A DNA stretch of 64,000 bases. Origin: Synechococcus sp. GTDB taxonomy: Bacteria; Cyanobacteriota; Cyanobacteriia; PCC-6307; Cyanobiaceae. Of the stretch, positions 19,873 to 30,113 are shown piece after piece. Position 1 is the stretch's first letter, and each line of letters begins with the position of its first letter. The notes beneath the pieces are model-generated. The model was not told where the DNA came from and made no database searches. It worked only from the letters and a program-made list of their open reading frames with translations. The translations under genes were made by a program, and so were the position numbers. Where the stretch lies: NCBI GenBank assembly GCA_047285805.1, contig JBJBCN010000002.1, positions 1,056,001-1,120,000 of the forward strand, in the 5' to 3' direction.

Positions 19873-19915
19873 GAGAGAATCAGCAACCGCCTGTTAATCC
19901 TGCTGCATCACTGAA

Positions 19916-20452
19916 CTAGCTCTCGCCGCGCAAAGGCGCTCCGGCTTCTTCGACACGAATTTCGTGGTGGGTTTCCACCAATTCAAGATTTCCATCGCGC
20001 CAGGAGTAGATGGTGCGCGCCCTGAGCTGATCTTGATTCACAAGGCGGATGTACTCGAGGATGTCCCATTCCTGGTAGTGGGACTCGAAGACAACCTCAT
20101 GCTCATCCGCCTGGCGGACCTGACTCTTGGTCGGTGACCCGCAGAGGTAACCACGACTACGGCGCAGCTGATGGCCGCACAAAGTTGCTTCCATCGTGCC
20201 TTCGCGGACGTAAAGGGGCTTGATCTCAAAGAAGTCGTATTCCTTTTCAGGCCACCACGTGAAGCGATAGCGCGGCTCAGATTCCGCCTGGTCCTCGAAC
20301 GTTTCGACCCGAAGGAGCATGTCGACCCGCAGCACCTCATCGTCGGGGAAAAAATATTGCCTGCGTGAGCGCCATAAACCGAGATTGCGGTTAAACCAGC
20401 GCCGCAGGGTCGTATCAAATTGGATGCGTCCAGTTCTTGGCACTGAAGGCAT
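19916..20452 (-). CDS. CpcS/CpeS-like (phycobiliprotein lyase-like beta-barrel) protein
   Basis: WF..NLGLWRSRRQY N-terminus, LRRSRGY, EYIRLV...LRAR, C-terminal EIR resemble S/U-type lyases. Confidence 0.5.
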   Translation of the reverse strand: MPSVPRTGRIQFDTTLRRWFNRNLGLWRSRRQYFFPDDEVLRVDMLLRVETFEDQAESEPRYRFTWWPEKEYDFFEIKPLYVREGTMEATLCGHQLRRSRGYLCGSPTKSQVRQADEHEVVFESHYQEWDILEYIRLVNQDQLRARTIYSWRDGNLELVETHHEIRVEEAGAPLRGES

Positions 20453-20606
20453 CGACGAGACCGGACTGACCCGAGTCGATAGTTCCCGTCGATAGACCAC
20501 TGGGACTTATCAGACAACGACTCATCACAGTCGTCATAGCGAGGCCGGCAGGACTTGCAAAACCCCCATAACGTGAAACCACAATTTCTCCAGGTTTCAC
20601 CCTCCG

Positions 20607-21827
20607 GTGCACTCTGCTGGGGAACAGATCCCCGACGGAAACGAGTCAATCCGCAGGATCCCTGCGGAAGGCCCTGTCGCGCCTATCGATCGAGCAGCTG
20701 AAGAACAGCTCTCGCTCGACGACGAGGACTCAGCGCAACGTCGACATCTGAAGTTGCTCCTGGTGGCTGGAACCCGCCATCGGGCCAGCGCTGATGTCAG
20801 GAGCCTCGTTGCGTTTCTCGAAAAGGAGGATTTTGGCTTTAGAATGAGCCTGGAACTCGCTGATCCGGCTCAACGGCCCGAGCTCCTCGAGTTACACCGC
20901 TTGGTGGCCACCCCGGCGCTCATCAAGCTCGAGCCGGCACCCAAACAGGTGTTTGCAGGAAACATGCTCCTGCAACAGCTCCGCAACTGGTTGCCGCGCT
21001 GGCAGCAACTGGAGGTGGTTAGCGGGCTCGGCATGAGCCTTCGACCAGCGGAGAGCGACGGCAGCCGGACCCAACGGGAACTGCAACTCGAAGACCAGGT
21101 CTTGGTTTTACGCCAAGAAAACGAAACCCTGATCGAGCGGCTGCGCGGCCAAGAGCGACTGCTGCGGATGGTGGCCCACGAACTGCGCACCCCCCTCACG
21201 GCATCCAAGCTGGCCCTGCAAAGCTTGAACCTCGGGCAGATCGATCAAACACGCTTTCGCGATGTGCTCGATCGACGCCTCGACGACATTGAGCAGTTGT
21301 CTAAAGACCTCTTGGAGGTCGGGACCACCCGCTGGGAGGCCCTCTTCAACCCACAGCGCATCGCCCTCGGCCCCTTGGCCGCTGAAGCGATCCTCGAACT
21401 GGAGAAACGCTGGGTCGGTCGAGGGCTCGAACTGATCACCGACATCCCCAGCGACCTGCCGGATGTCTATGCCGACCAACGGCGGATGCGTCAGGTCTTC
21501 CTAAACCTCCTCGAGAACGCCTTCAAGTACACGCCGGATGGCGGGAAGGTGCGAATGGCGATTTTCCACCGCACCAGCCAGTGGATTGAGGTCAGTGTTT
21601 GCGATTCCGGCCCGGGGATTCCCGTGGATGAGCAAGAACGGATCTTTCAGGATCGCGTGCGCTTACCCCAGACCTCCTCGACCACATCAGGCTTTGGGGT
21701 GGGGCTCTCGGTCTGCAGACGTATCACGGAAGTCCATGGCGGTCGCATCTGGGTGGTCTCCGAGCCCGATGAAGGCGCCTGCTTTTACTTCACGGTATCC
21801 GTCTGGGACGGCCAGGGAGTCAGTTGA
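20607..21827 (+). CDS. sasA: Adaptive-response sensor histidine kinase with KaiB-like N-terminal domain
   Basis: [28 protein letters not shown]aiB-like domain, AHELRTPL H-box, [21 protein letters not shown]; start uncertain. Confidence 0.92.
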   Translation: MHSAGEQIPDGNESIRRIPAEGPVAPIDRAAEEQLSLDDEDSAQRRHLKLLLVAGTRHRASADVRSLVAFLEKEDFGFRMSLELADPAQRPELLELHRLVATPALIKLEPAPKQVFAGNMLLQQLRNWLPRWQQLEVVSGLGMSLRPAESDGSRTQRELQLEDQVLVLRQENETLIERLRGQERLLRMVAHELRTPLTASKLALQSLNLGQIDQTRFRDVLDRRLDDIEQLSKDLLEVGTTRWEALFNPQRIALGPLAAEAILELEKRWVGRGLELITDIPSDLPDVYADQRRMRQVFLNLLENAFKYTPDGGKVRMAIFHRTSQWIEVSVCDSGPGIPVDEQERIFQDRVRLPQTSSTTSGFGVGLSVCRRITEVHGGRIWVVSEPDEGACFYFTVSVWDGQGVS

Positions 21828-21950
21828 GTTGCAGGTCATGACCTTGATTGACGAAGGGCCCCTCTGCCCCGTAACTTCTTTCCATCGGGCGCGGCTATCA
21901 AACGCCAAGCACTGCAAGGGAACTTGAGTTCACCTAGCAACCGAGTCCTA

Positions 21951-22023
21951 GCCCCCATCGTCTAGAGGCCTAGGACACCTCCCTTTCACGGAGGCGACAG
22001 GGGTTCGAATCCCCTTGGGGGTA
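21951..22023 (+). tRNA. trnE: tRNA-Glu (UUC)
   Basis: GCCCCCATCGTCTAGAGGCCTAGGACACCTCCCTTTCACGGAGGCGACAGGGGTTCGAATCCCCTTGGGGGTA; cloverleaf with TTC anticodon and GTTCGAAT T-loop. Confidence 0.97.
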
Positions 22024-22031
22024 TCCAAAGC

Positions 22032-22056
22032 AAAGGCGGCTTCGGCCGCTTTTTTT
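22032..22056 (+). terminator. Intrinsic terminator after tRNA-Glu
   Basis: GCGGC-TTCG-GCCGC hairpin followed by 7 T. Confidence 0.85.
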
Positions 22057-22103
22057 GTGTCCCAATGCGTGCAGCTCAAGAGCTCTCCATGGAGCGAGGG
22101 GAA

Positions 22104-22754
22104 TCAGACCGTGGCTTGCCTGCGCTGGGCCTCGGCCTGCACTGCCCGCAGATTGGCCGCCAGATCTTCCTGCAGGCGCTGTTCAATCAAGCCAATCGGC
22201 ATGCCGACGCAGCCTTGAACCGTGAGCTCGTAGAGCAAGGTCGTGGTCTCACCATCTGAGCCGATGGTCCACACCCCATCGAAACGGCGGAAATCACCTT
22301 TGAGCATGGTGAAGGTGAGCTGCCGGGATTCGGGGTGCTCGGTGAGTTCCAGCTGCACCCGCGCTTTGAACTGCATCCCCATGAAGCGCTGGGCTCCCTC
22401 CTGCTCAAGGCCAACCACGGCGCCATGGCGCCAGAGCAGGCGGGAGGTCTGGAGATTGGGAATGAACTGGCTCAGCCGGTCGTAATCGGTGAGGACCGCC
22501 CAGATCGAGTTTGGATTGATCGCTAAGCGCAGTTGCACCGCCAACCTGCGGGTCCCCCCCGGTAAGCGCTCCATTTCCTGCTGGATGGTGTCGAGCGGGC
22601 AAACTACTTGGCCTGAGGTCGCTGCATCCAGCGTTTCGCTCAGCGATTCGGTCGAATCCGGTGGCACCGACAACTGGGTCAAGGATTGCGCCGGGGGCTC
22701 AAGCTCAAGAAGCGTCAACCTAACCCGCTCCGGAATGCAACGGGGGGCGCTCAA
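22104..22754 (-). CDS. SRPBCC/START family cyclase-dehydrase-like protein
   Basis: IWAVLTDYDRLSQFIPNL, MLKGDFRRFDGVW; true start probably downstream of 22754. Confidence 0.8.
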   Translation of the reverse strand: MSAPRCIPERVRLTLLELEPPAQSLTQLSVPPDSTESLSETLDAATSGQVVCPLDTIQQEMERLPGGTRRLAVQLRLAINPNSIWAVLTDYDRLSQFIPNLQTSRLLWRHGAVVGLEQEGAQRFMGMQFKARVQLELTEHPESRQLTFTMLKGDFRRFDGVWTIGSDGETTTLLYELTVQGCVGMPIGLIEQRLQEDLAANLRAVQAEAQRRQATV

Positions 22755-22789
22755 GACCCAGAATTACTTATGATCGCGCGCGTTCGTAG

Positions 22790-23980
<1,191 letters not shown>

Positions 23981-24007
23981 GCCTCCAGCTCAGGTCAGCC
24001 TTTGCTC

Positions 24008-24034
24008 AAAAGCCCGCCGAGGCGGGCTTTTTTT
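24008..24034 (+). terminator. Intrinsic terminator after petH
   Basis: AAAAGCCCGCC-GA-GGCGGGCTTTT inverted repeat running into a T-tract. Confidence 0.85.
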
Positions 24035-24095
24035 GTGACTACTCGCTGCCGAGCTCAGGAACCGCCGTTAAACCAAGGGCACGCGCGCCTTGCCC

Positions 24096-25619
24096 ATGCC
24101 GGCCCAGCAAACCAACCCCCTCCGGGTCGGCCTTCGACAGGAGCGCGTCATCTCGCCGCAGTGCTTGGTGATCTTCGGGGCGAGCGGCGACCTCACCCAC
24201 CGCAAGTTAATTCCGGCGCTATTCGAGCTATACCGGCAACGGCGCCTACCCACTGAATTCGCGATCCTCGGCTGCGCACGGCGGCCCTGGAGTGATGAGG
24301 ACTTCCGGGCACGGATGGCCGAAGCGATGGCCCGCGAAATCCAGCAGCACCAAAGCGCCTGGGAGCAATTCAGCGGCTGCCTCTTCTATGAGCCAGTGGA
24401 CCTGCAAAAGGACGAGGACGTCGTCAGCTTGGGCACCCGGCTTGAGGCCCTGGATCGCCTGAGGGCGACCCGGGGCAACCGCACCTTTTATCTCTCCGTT
24501 TCACCGGCCTTCTACGGCAGTGGTTGCCGGGCCCTGGCCAAGGCCGGACTGCTTCAAGACCCCAGCCGCAGCCGGGTCGTCATCGAGAAACCCTTTGGCA
24601 CGGACTACAGCAGTGCCCAAACCCTGAACCGGATCGTTCAGAACTGCGGGAAGGAATCCCAGATCTTCCGCATCGACCACTATCTGGGCAAAGAGACCGT
24701 TCAGAACATCCTGGTCTTGCGTTTCGCGAACGCGATCTTCGAGCCGATCTGGAACCGGAACTACATCTCCAGCGTCCAGATCACGGCCGCGGAGACCGTC
24801 GGCGTCGAGGAGCGGGCTGGGTATTACGAGACCAGCGGTGCCCTGCGGGACATGGTGCAAAACCACCTCACCCAAATGCTTGCCCTGACCGCCATGGAAG
24901 CGCCGGGCCACTTCGACCCAGAGGCGATTCGAAACGAGAAAGCCAAGGTCCTGCAGGCGGCCCGCCTGGCCAATGAGGACGAGCCCTGGAAATGCTGTGT
25001 CCGCGGTCAGTACAGCCGCGGCGGCAGCCCCGCTAGCCCCATGGCGGGCTACCGGGAGGAGCCGGGTGTGAATCCCCAAAGCACTACCGAAACCTATGTC
25101 GCGATGAAGCTCTTTGTCGACAACTGGCGTTGGCAAGGGGTCCCCTTCTACCTGCGCACGGGCAAACGTCTCCCCAAACGCCTCTCGGAAGTCGTGCTGA
25201 CCTTCCGCAAGGCTCCCGTCCAACTCTTCGATGCAGCGGGGGGAACGCCGACGGCGAACCAACTGGTGCTGCGGATCCAGCCGGATGAGGGGGCTGGCTT
25301 TGTCTTTGACGTCAAAGCACCGGGATCGGGCATGCGCAGCCGACCCGTCGACATGCACTTCAGCTACGACGAAAGCTTCGGCGAGCCCTCGGATGAGGGC
25401 TATGTGCGGCTTCTAGCCGACGCGATGCTCGGTGATCCCACCCTGTTCACCCGCAGCGATGAGGTAGAGGCGGCCTGGAGGCTCTACACGCCGCTGCTCG
25501 AACTGATTGAAGAAGCCCCAGCGCGTCTCCCGGTACACCCCTACGAAGCGCGGACCTGGGGGCCCGCTGCCTCTGACTCACTGCTGGCCGAGGACGGCCT
25601 GATGTGGCGACGCCCGTAA
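24096..25619 (+). CDS. zwf: Glucose-6-phosphate dehydrogenase
   Basis: GASGDL, EKPFG, RIDHYLGKE, WRWQGVPFYLRTGK. Confidence 0.97.
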   Translation: MPAQQTNPLRVGLRQERVISPQCLVIFGASGDLTHRKLIPALFELYRQRRLPTEFAILGCARRPWSDEDFRARMAEAMAREIQQHQSAWEQFSGCLFYEPVDLQKDEDVVSLGTRLEALDRLRATRGNRTFYLSVSPAFYGSGCRALAKAGLLQDPSRSRVVIEKPFGTDYSSAQTLNRIVQNCGKESQIFRIDHYLGKETVQNILVLRFANAIFEPIWNRNYISSVQITAAETVGVEERAGYYETSGALRDMVQNHLTQMLALTAMEAPGHFDPEAIRNEKAKVLQAARLANEDEPWKCCVRGQYSRGGSPASPMAGYREEPGVNPQSTTETYVAMKLFVDNWRWQGVPFYLRTGKRLPKRLSEVVLTFRKAPVQLFDAAGGTPTANQLVLRIQPDEGAGFVFDVKAPGSGMRSRPVDMHFSYDESFGEPSDEGYVRLLADAMLGDPTLFTRSDEVEAAWRLYTPLLELIEEAPARLPVHPYEARTWGPAASDSLLAEDGLMWRRP

Positions 25620-25658
25620 CCCTCCTGCCTTTCGTCGTTCTCTTCTTCAGCGATCCCC

Positions 25659-26984
25659 ATGGCTCCCCAACTGACACTCCAGGCCCCGATCGAGATGGCT
25701 CCCCAGGAGGTCCCGGCCTACCTGAACCGGCTCTGGAGTGACCACCTCAAAGACTCCAGTGGTGCCTCTACCTTCACCCTGGTGGTCTGGGAGCCCTCCT
25801 GGCTGCAGCAGCAGCTGATCCGCACCGGGCGCGCAAAAGGTCCCCTGAGCGGTCTGCTGAACGATGAGCTCCTCGCTGCCGCCCGGCGGGCGAGTGGTGA
25901 ACTGGGGCTCCCCACAGGGACAGCACCCACCGCACCTCAAGTGGCCTGGGCCCTAGGACAAGAAGCCGGTCATCGCCAGGCGGAGGATCTCCGCGGGCAA
26001 TTTGTCGACCGCGCCATCAGTGCCCACCAGCCCAGGCGACTGATCACCCTGGCGCCCACCTTGGCCGCGGACCAGCAGTTGCAATCGATGGTGGCCGCCT
26101 ACTGCCCACTGCCGGAGGAGCGGGGAACCAATAACGATGCCTGTGGCGATGTTGTCGTCCTGCGCGGGGGCATGGGAGCCATGTCCCAGGGCTTGTCGAT
26201 GCTGCAGGAGTTGATCCCCTCGGACCTGCCCTGCTGGGTCTGGTGGAACGGGAGCATGGATGAATCACCCGAGTTGCTGGAGGGATTGGCGACCCTGCCC
26301 CGGCGTCTAGTGGTGGATAGCTCCATCGGCGAGCCCCGGCGCTGCCTCGACCTGCTGGCCCAGCGCATTGCCCTTGGCCAAGCCGTCAATGACCTCAATT
26401 GGCTTCGGCTGCGGACCTGGAGGGAATCGCTCGCGATGGTCTTCGACCCCCCCAACCGCCAAAGCGCCCTGGATCAAGTGGTCCAACTGGACATCGACGT
26501 CGAAGGCCAACACCCGGTGAAGGGACTGCTTCTGGCCGCCTGGATTGCCGATCGGCTCGGCTGGCATCTGGTCGGCAGTTTCTGGGTCGACGGCGCAAGC
26601 CCCGAAGAGCGGGGTGTGGGAGCGGAATTTAAGCGCTCCGATGGTCAAAGCGTGCAGTTCCGGCTGATGCCCGTGCCGGTCGGGGTGAGCAAGGTTCACC
26701 CCGGTGCACTGGTGGGCCTGCGCTTGATCTGTGCCCCGCCCAACCGTTCACCCCTTTGCGTCATCCTCTGCTCTGAGTCGGGCGGCTGCATGCGCCTGGA
26801 GGCCGGTGGTGTCGCCTCGATGGAACTGGCGGAGGAAGTGGTGCCCCTGCCCAACGAGAGTGAGGAGATGGAAATGGCCCGTCTGCTCGGGGGCGGCCAT
26901 GACAGCACCAACCCCTTAATGGCCTCAGCCGTCGCCCTCGCTGCCAAGCTGCTGCCCAGTCAGGAACCCCCATGCCCTGCCTGA
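25659..26984 (+). CDS. opcA: G6PDH assembly/activator protein OpcA
   Basis: Directly after zwf; MAPQLTLQ start, LPCWVWWNG, DLNWLRLRTWRE, AWIADRLGW. Confidence 0.93.
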   Translation: MAPQLTLQAPIEMAPQEVPAYLNRLWSDHLKDSSGASTFTLVVWEPSWLQQQLIRTGRAKGPLSGLLNDELLAAARRASGELGLPTGTAPTAPQVAWALGQEAGHRQAEDLRGQFVDRAISAHQPRRLITLAPTLAADQQLQSMVAAYCPLPEERGTNNDACGDVVVLRGGMGAMSQGLSMLQELIPSDLPCWVWWNGSMDESPELLEGLATLPRRLVVDSSIGEPRRCLDLLAQRIALGQAVNDLNWLRLRTWRESLAMVFDPPNRQSALDQVVQLDIDVEGQHPVKGLLLAAWIADRLGWHLVGSFWVDGASPEERGVGAEFKRSDGQSVQFRLMPVPVGVSKVHPGALVGLRLICAPPNRSPLCVILCSESGGCMRLEAGGVASMELAEEVVPLPNESEEMEMARLLGGGHDSTNPLMASAVALAAKLLPSQEPPCPA

Positions 26985-28330
26985 TTGCCGCTCCTGCCAG
27001 CGGCAGCGGGAAGACCCTGGTGAGCCTCGCCCTTGCGGCACTGGCGCGCCGCCGCGGCCTGAGCCTGCAGACATTCAAGGTGGGGCCGGACTATCTGGAC
27101 CCGCAGCTGCTCTCGCTCGCGAGTGGCCGGGCCTGCCGGAACCTCGATGCCCTGCTCTGCGGAGATCCCTGGGTGCAGCAGTCGTTCAAGCGCCATGGTG
27201 CTCAGGCCAATCTCTGCCTGGTGGAGGGGGTAATGGGCCTATTCGATGGCAAAGGTCCCTCGGCCGAAGGGAGCTCGGCCCATGTGGCTTCGCTGTTGCA
27301 CCTGCCCATCGTCCTTGTGGTGGAGGCAAGCCGACAGGCCGGGTCATTAGCCGCCCTGGTGCGCGGCTTCCGGGACCACGATCCAAGCCTGACCATCGCT
27401 GGAGTGGTGCTCAACGGGGTGGGCAGTGCCCGCCATGAGGCGCTGCTGCGGGAGGTCCTGGCCTCGATCGCGATGCCGGTGCTGGGGGCCCTGCCGAGGC
27501 ACACCAGCCTGGAGCTGCCCTCGCGGCACCTGGGTCTGCTACCGGCCCATGAACTCGAGGATGTTCAACTGCACCTGGAGGCCTGGGCGACGCTCGCTGA
27601 AGCGCACCTCGATCTTGAACAGCTGTGGCCCTTGCTCAACGCCCCAGCCCCAGGGGCAGCCGGGCCAGCACCAGCAGCACTGGCGAGCGTCCCCGTCCCG
27701 GTGGCCCTCGCCAGTGACGCCGCCTTTCACTTCCGCTACCCCGAAGCGATCGAGCTACTGGAGCAGAACGGACTAATCGTCGAGACCTGGTCGCCGTTGG
27801 CCGATGAACCCCTACCGCAGGGTTGCCGTGGAGTGATCCTTCCCGGTGGCTATCCCGAGCTGCATGCGGAAACCCTGACGGCGAACTCCCAAAGCCTCGC
27901 CGCCCTTCGGCAGGCGCGGCAGAGGGGCCTACCGATCTACGCGGAATGCGGAGGCTTACTGCTGCTGGGCAAGGGCCTGGAGGACCAGCAGGGTGTCCTG
28001 CATCCGATGGCGGGCCTACTGCGCTTTCAGGCTCGGCGCGGACACCTGAGCCTGGGCTACCGCCAGGCCTCCCCCCGCTGCAATGGCTTGGTGGTGCGCC
28101 AAGGCGAGACCCTCTGGGGCCACGAGTTCCACCGCTGGCAGCTGGATCAGGACAATGCCGCCCAAGCCGCCCTCTGGGACCTAGAGGGCTGGGGCAGCCC
28201 CGCGCGAGCCGAAGGCTGGGGCGATGGCCAACTCCACGCCAGCTGGCTACACCTGCATTGGGGAGGCTGCCCGGCCATCCCCGAGCGCTTTGCCACCACG
28301 GCCCGTCTGGCTACACCCCTTGGTCGCTGA
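26972..28330 (+). CDS. cobB: Cobyrinate a,c-diamide synthase
   Basis: SGSGKT, FKVGPDYLDP, VEGVMGLFDG, PSRHLGL, GGYPEL, YAECGG, GHEFH. Confidence 0.93.
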   Translation: MPCLIAAPASGSGKTLVSLALAALARRRGLSLQTFKVGPDYLDPQLLSLASGRACRNLDALLCGDPWVQQSFKRHGAQANLCLVEGVMGLFDGKGPSAEGSSAHVASLLHLPIVLVVEASRQAGSLAALVRGFRDHDPSLTIAGVVLNGVGSARHEALLREVLASIAMPVLGALPRHTSLELPSRHLGLLPAHELEDVQLHLEAWATLAEAHLDLEQLWPLLNAPAPGAAGPAPAALASVPVPVALASDAAFHFRYPEAIELLEQNGLIVETWSPLADEPLPQGCRGVILPGGYPELHAETLTANSQSLAALRQARQRGLPIYAECGGLLLLGKGLEDQQGVLHPMAGLLRFQARRGHLSLGYRQASPRCNGLVVRQGETLWGHEFHRWQLDQDNAAQAALWDLEGWGSPARAEGWGDGQLHASWLHLHWGGCPAIPERFATTARLATPLGR

Positions 28331-28336
28331 TTCCTG

Positions 28337-28939
28337 ATGGCCGAACTTCAGCTTTGGCTCCTACGCCACGGCGCCACCGAATGGGCTGTCAATGGGCGCC
28401 ACACGGGCAGCACCGATCTCCCCCTTCTGCCCGAGGGCGAACGCGAAGCGCAGGCCCTTGCGCCGGTGCTCGCCCAACAGACCTTTGCGGCAGTTCTGAG
28501 CAGCCCACTGCAGCGGGCCCGGCGGACCTGTGAATTGGCTGGTCTAGGCGATCAGGCCCAGATCGAGCCGGACCTGAAGGAATGGGACTACGGCGACTAC
28601 GAGGGACTCACAACCCCCGAAATCCTTACCGACTTCCCCGGTTGGACCATCTTCCGCCACCCCTGCCCCGGTGGCGAGAGCAGCGCGCAAGTTCAGCAGC
28701 GCTGCGAGCGGGTCATTGCGCGCGTCAGCCAAATCGCCAGTGCTGCCGACGCAGTGATCTGCCCGGTGGCGCTCTTCGCCCATGGCCACATCCTGCGCAG
28801 CCTGGCGGGCTGCTGGCTCGGGCGCGGTCCCGCCGGCGGAGCGCAGTTGGCCCTTGGCACAGGCAGCTTCTGCGTCCTGGGATACGAACGGCAAAACCGT
28901 GCCCTGATCCACTGGAACGCACCGGTACTCCAGGCCTGA
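28337..28939 (+). CDS. Histidine phosphatase (phosphoglycerate mutase) family protein
   Basis: LLRHGATEW, SSPLQRARRT, EWDYGDYEG, FAHGH. Confidence 0.9.
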   Translation: MAELQLWLLRHGATEWAVNGRHTGSTDLPLLPEGEREAQALAPVLAQQTFAAVLSSPLQRARRTCELAGLGDQAQIEPDLKEWDYGDYEGLTTPEILTDFPGWTIFRHPCPGGESSAQVQQRCERVIARVSQIASAADAVICPVALFAHGHILRSLAGCWLGRGPAGGAQLALGTGSFCVLGYERQNRALIHWNAPVLQA

Positions 28940-29006
28940 AGCCGCCCGTAGCCGAAAGCCAAAACCCGTGCCAGCTTTAAGACATCAAGCCTTCGCAGGG
29001 GGGTGG

Positions 29007-29426
29007 ATGGAGAAGGGGGACCGATCACAGCGCCAGTCGCGAACGCCGGGCTGGCTGATCGCCGACACGCGGCAACTCAACCGCGGTAACCGCACCACGA
29101 AGGTGCGGCAATGGGTGCGCCAGGAGCAGCGCCACCCCAACCCGAGCGCGCAGCGCATCGAACGCTGGCAACTGCAGGTGCGGGGCCGCGTCCACGGCGT
29201 CGGCTTCAGAGATAGCTGCAGCCGGATGGCGAAGAACCTCGACCTCAGTGGCTGGGTCAGGAATTGCCAGGACGGCTCCGTCGAGGTGCAGGCCGAAGGG
29301 CAGCCCCATCAACTCACGCAATTGCGGCTCTGGTGCGAGCGGGGTCCCAGGGGGGCCGAGGTGCTGAGCGTGAGCCAAAGCCAACTCGCGCCTCAAAAGG
29401 AAGACTGGTTCGAAATTCGCCGCTAG
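29007..29426 (+). CDS. acyP: Acylphosphatase with N-terminal extension
   Basis: VRGRVHGVGFR and GWVRN..DGSVEV signatures. Confidence 0.85.
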   Translation: MEKGDRSQRQSRTPGWLIADTRQLNRGNRTTKVRQWVRQEQRHPNPSAQRIERWQLQVRGRVHGVGFRDSCSRMAKNLDLSGWVRNCQDGSVEVQAEGQPHQLTQLRLWCERGPRGAEVLSVSQSQLAPQKEDWFEIRR

Positions 29427-30113
29427 ATGACCAACGTGACCCTCTGGGCCGAATTGTTGGCCTACGGCATTGGAATCGCCCTCAGCCCCCTCCACATCGG
29501 CCTCTTGCTGTTGATGCTCCTAGGGCCCAAACCGCTGTGGAGAGGGGGGCTCTTGGTGCTGGGCTGGATGCTCACCGTGACCGCCATGGTGGTGGTGCTG
29601 CTGACGGTGGGCCATGGCCTACTGCTGACCATGGAGAAAGGCAGCAGTCATCGCACCGGCCTGGACCTGCTCGCGGCCGGCGCCCTCCTGGCACTAGGTC
29701 TCAACGAACTGCTGGACCAAAGGGAGGAGGGCGCGGAGGCCCCGGGCTGGACCCGTCAGCTCGATCGTTTTTGTGCCATGCCCCTACCCCTGCTCCTGGG
29801 GGTGAGCTCGGCCCTGGAGGTGATCAGTCCCGACGACCTCTTCCTGTTTGCCAAAACCTCCTCAGCACTTTTGGCCGCAGGGCTCACACGTCTTCAGGAG
29901 ACGATCTACACCGGTGCTTTCACCTTGGCGAGCAGCACTGCCTTGCTGTTGCCTTTCCTGGCGGTGTTGATCGGCCGTGAGCAGGTGCTGCCTCTGCTGG
30001 AACGGGGCAAAACCCTGCTCTTCAAGAAGGGGGACCTGCTTGTTGGCGGCGTGAGCTTGGTGCTGGCGAGCTACCTCGGCTGGCAGGGCATCGAAGGCCT
30101 GCAGCTCAGCTAG
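29427..30113 (+). CDS. GAP/Sap (LysE-superfamily) integral membrane protein
   Basis: GIALSP N-terminal motif, about six TM helices; starts immediately after the acyP stop. Confidence 0.7.
   Translation: MTNVTLWAELLAYGIGIALSPLHIGLLLLMLLGPKPLWRGGLLVLGWMLTVTAMVVVLLTVGHGLLLTMEKGSSHRTGLDLLAAGALLALGLNELLDQREEGAEAPGWTRQLDRFCAMPLPLLLGVSSALEVISPDDLFLFAKTSSALLAAGLTRLQETIYTGAFTLASSTALLLPFLAVLIGREQVLPLLERGKTLLFKKGDLLVGGVSLVLASYLGWQGIEGLQLS

Noticed and set aside
21828..22103. tRNA-Glu as a possible genomic-island integration site
   Set aside because: No integrase and no duplicated tRNA 3' end seen; flanked by core genes and followed directly by its terminator
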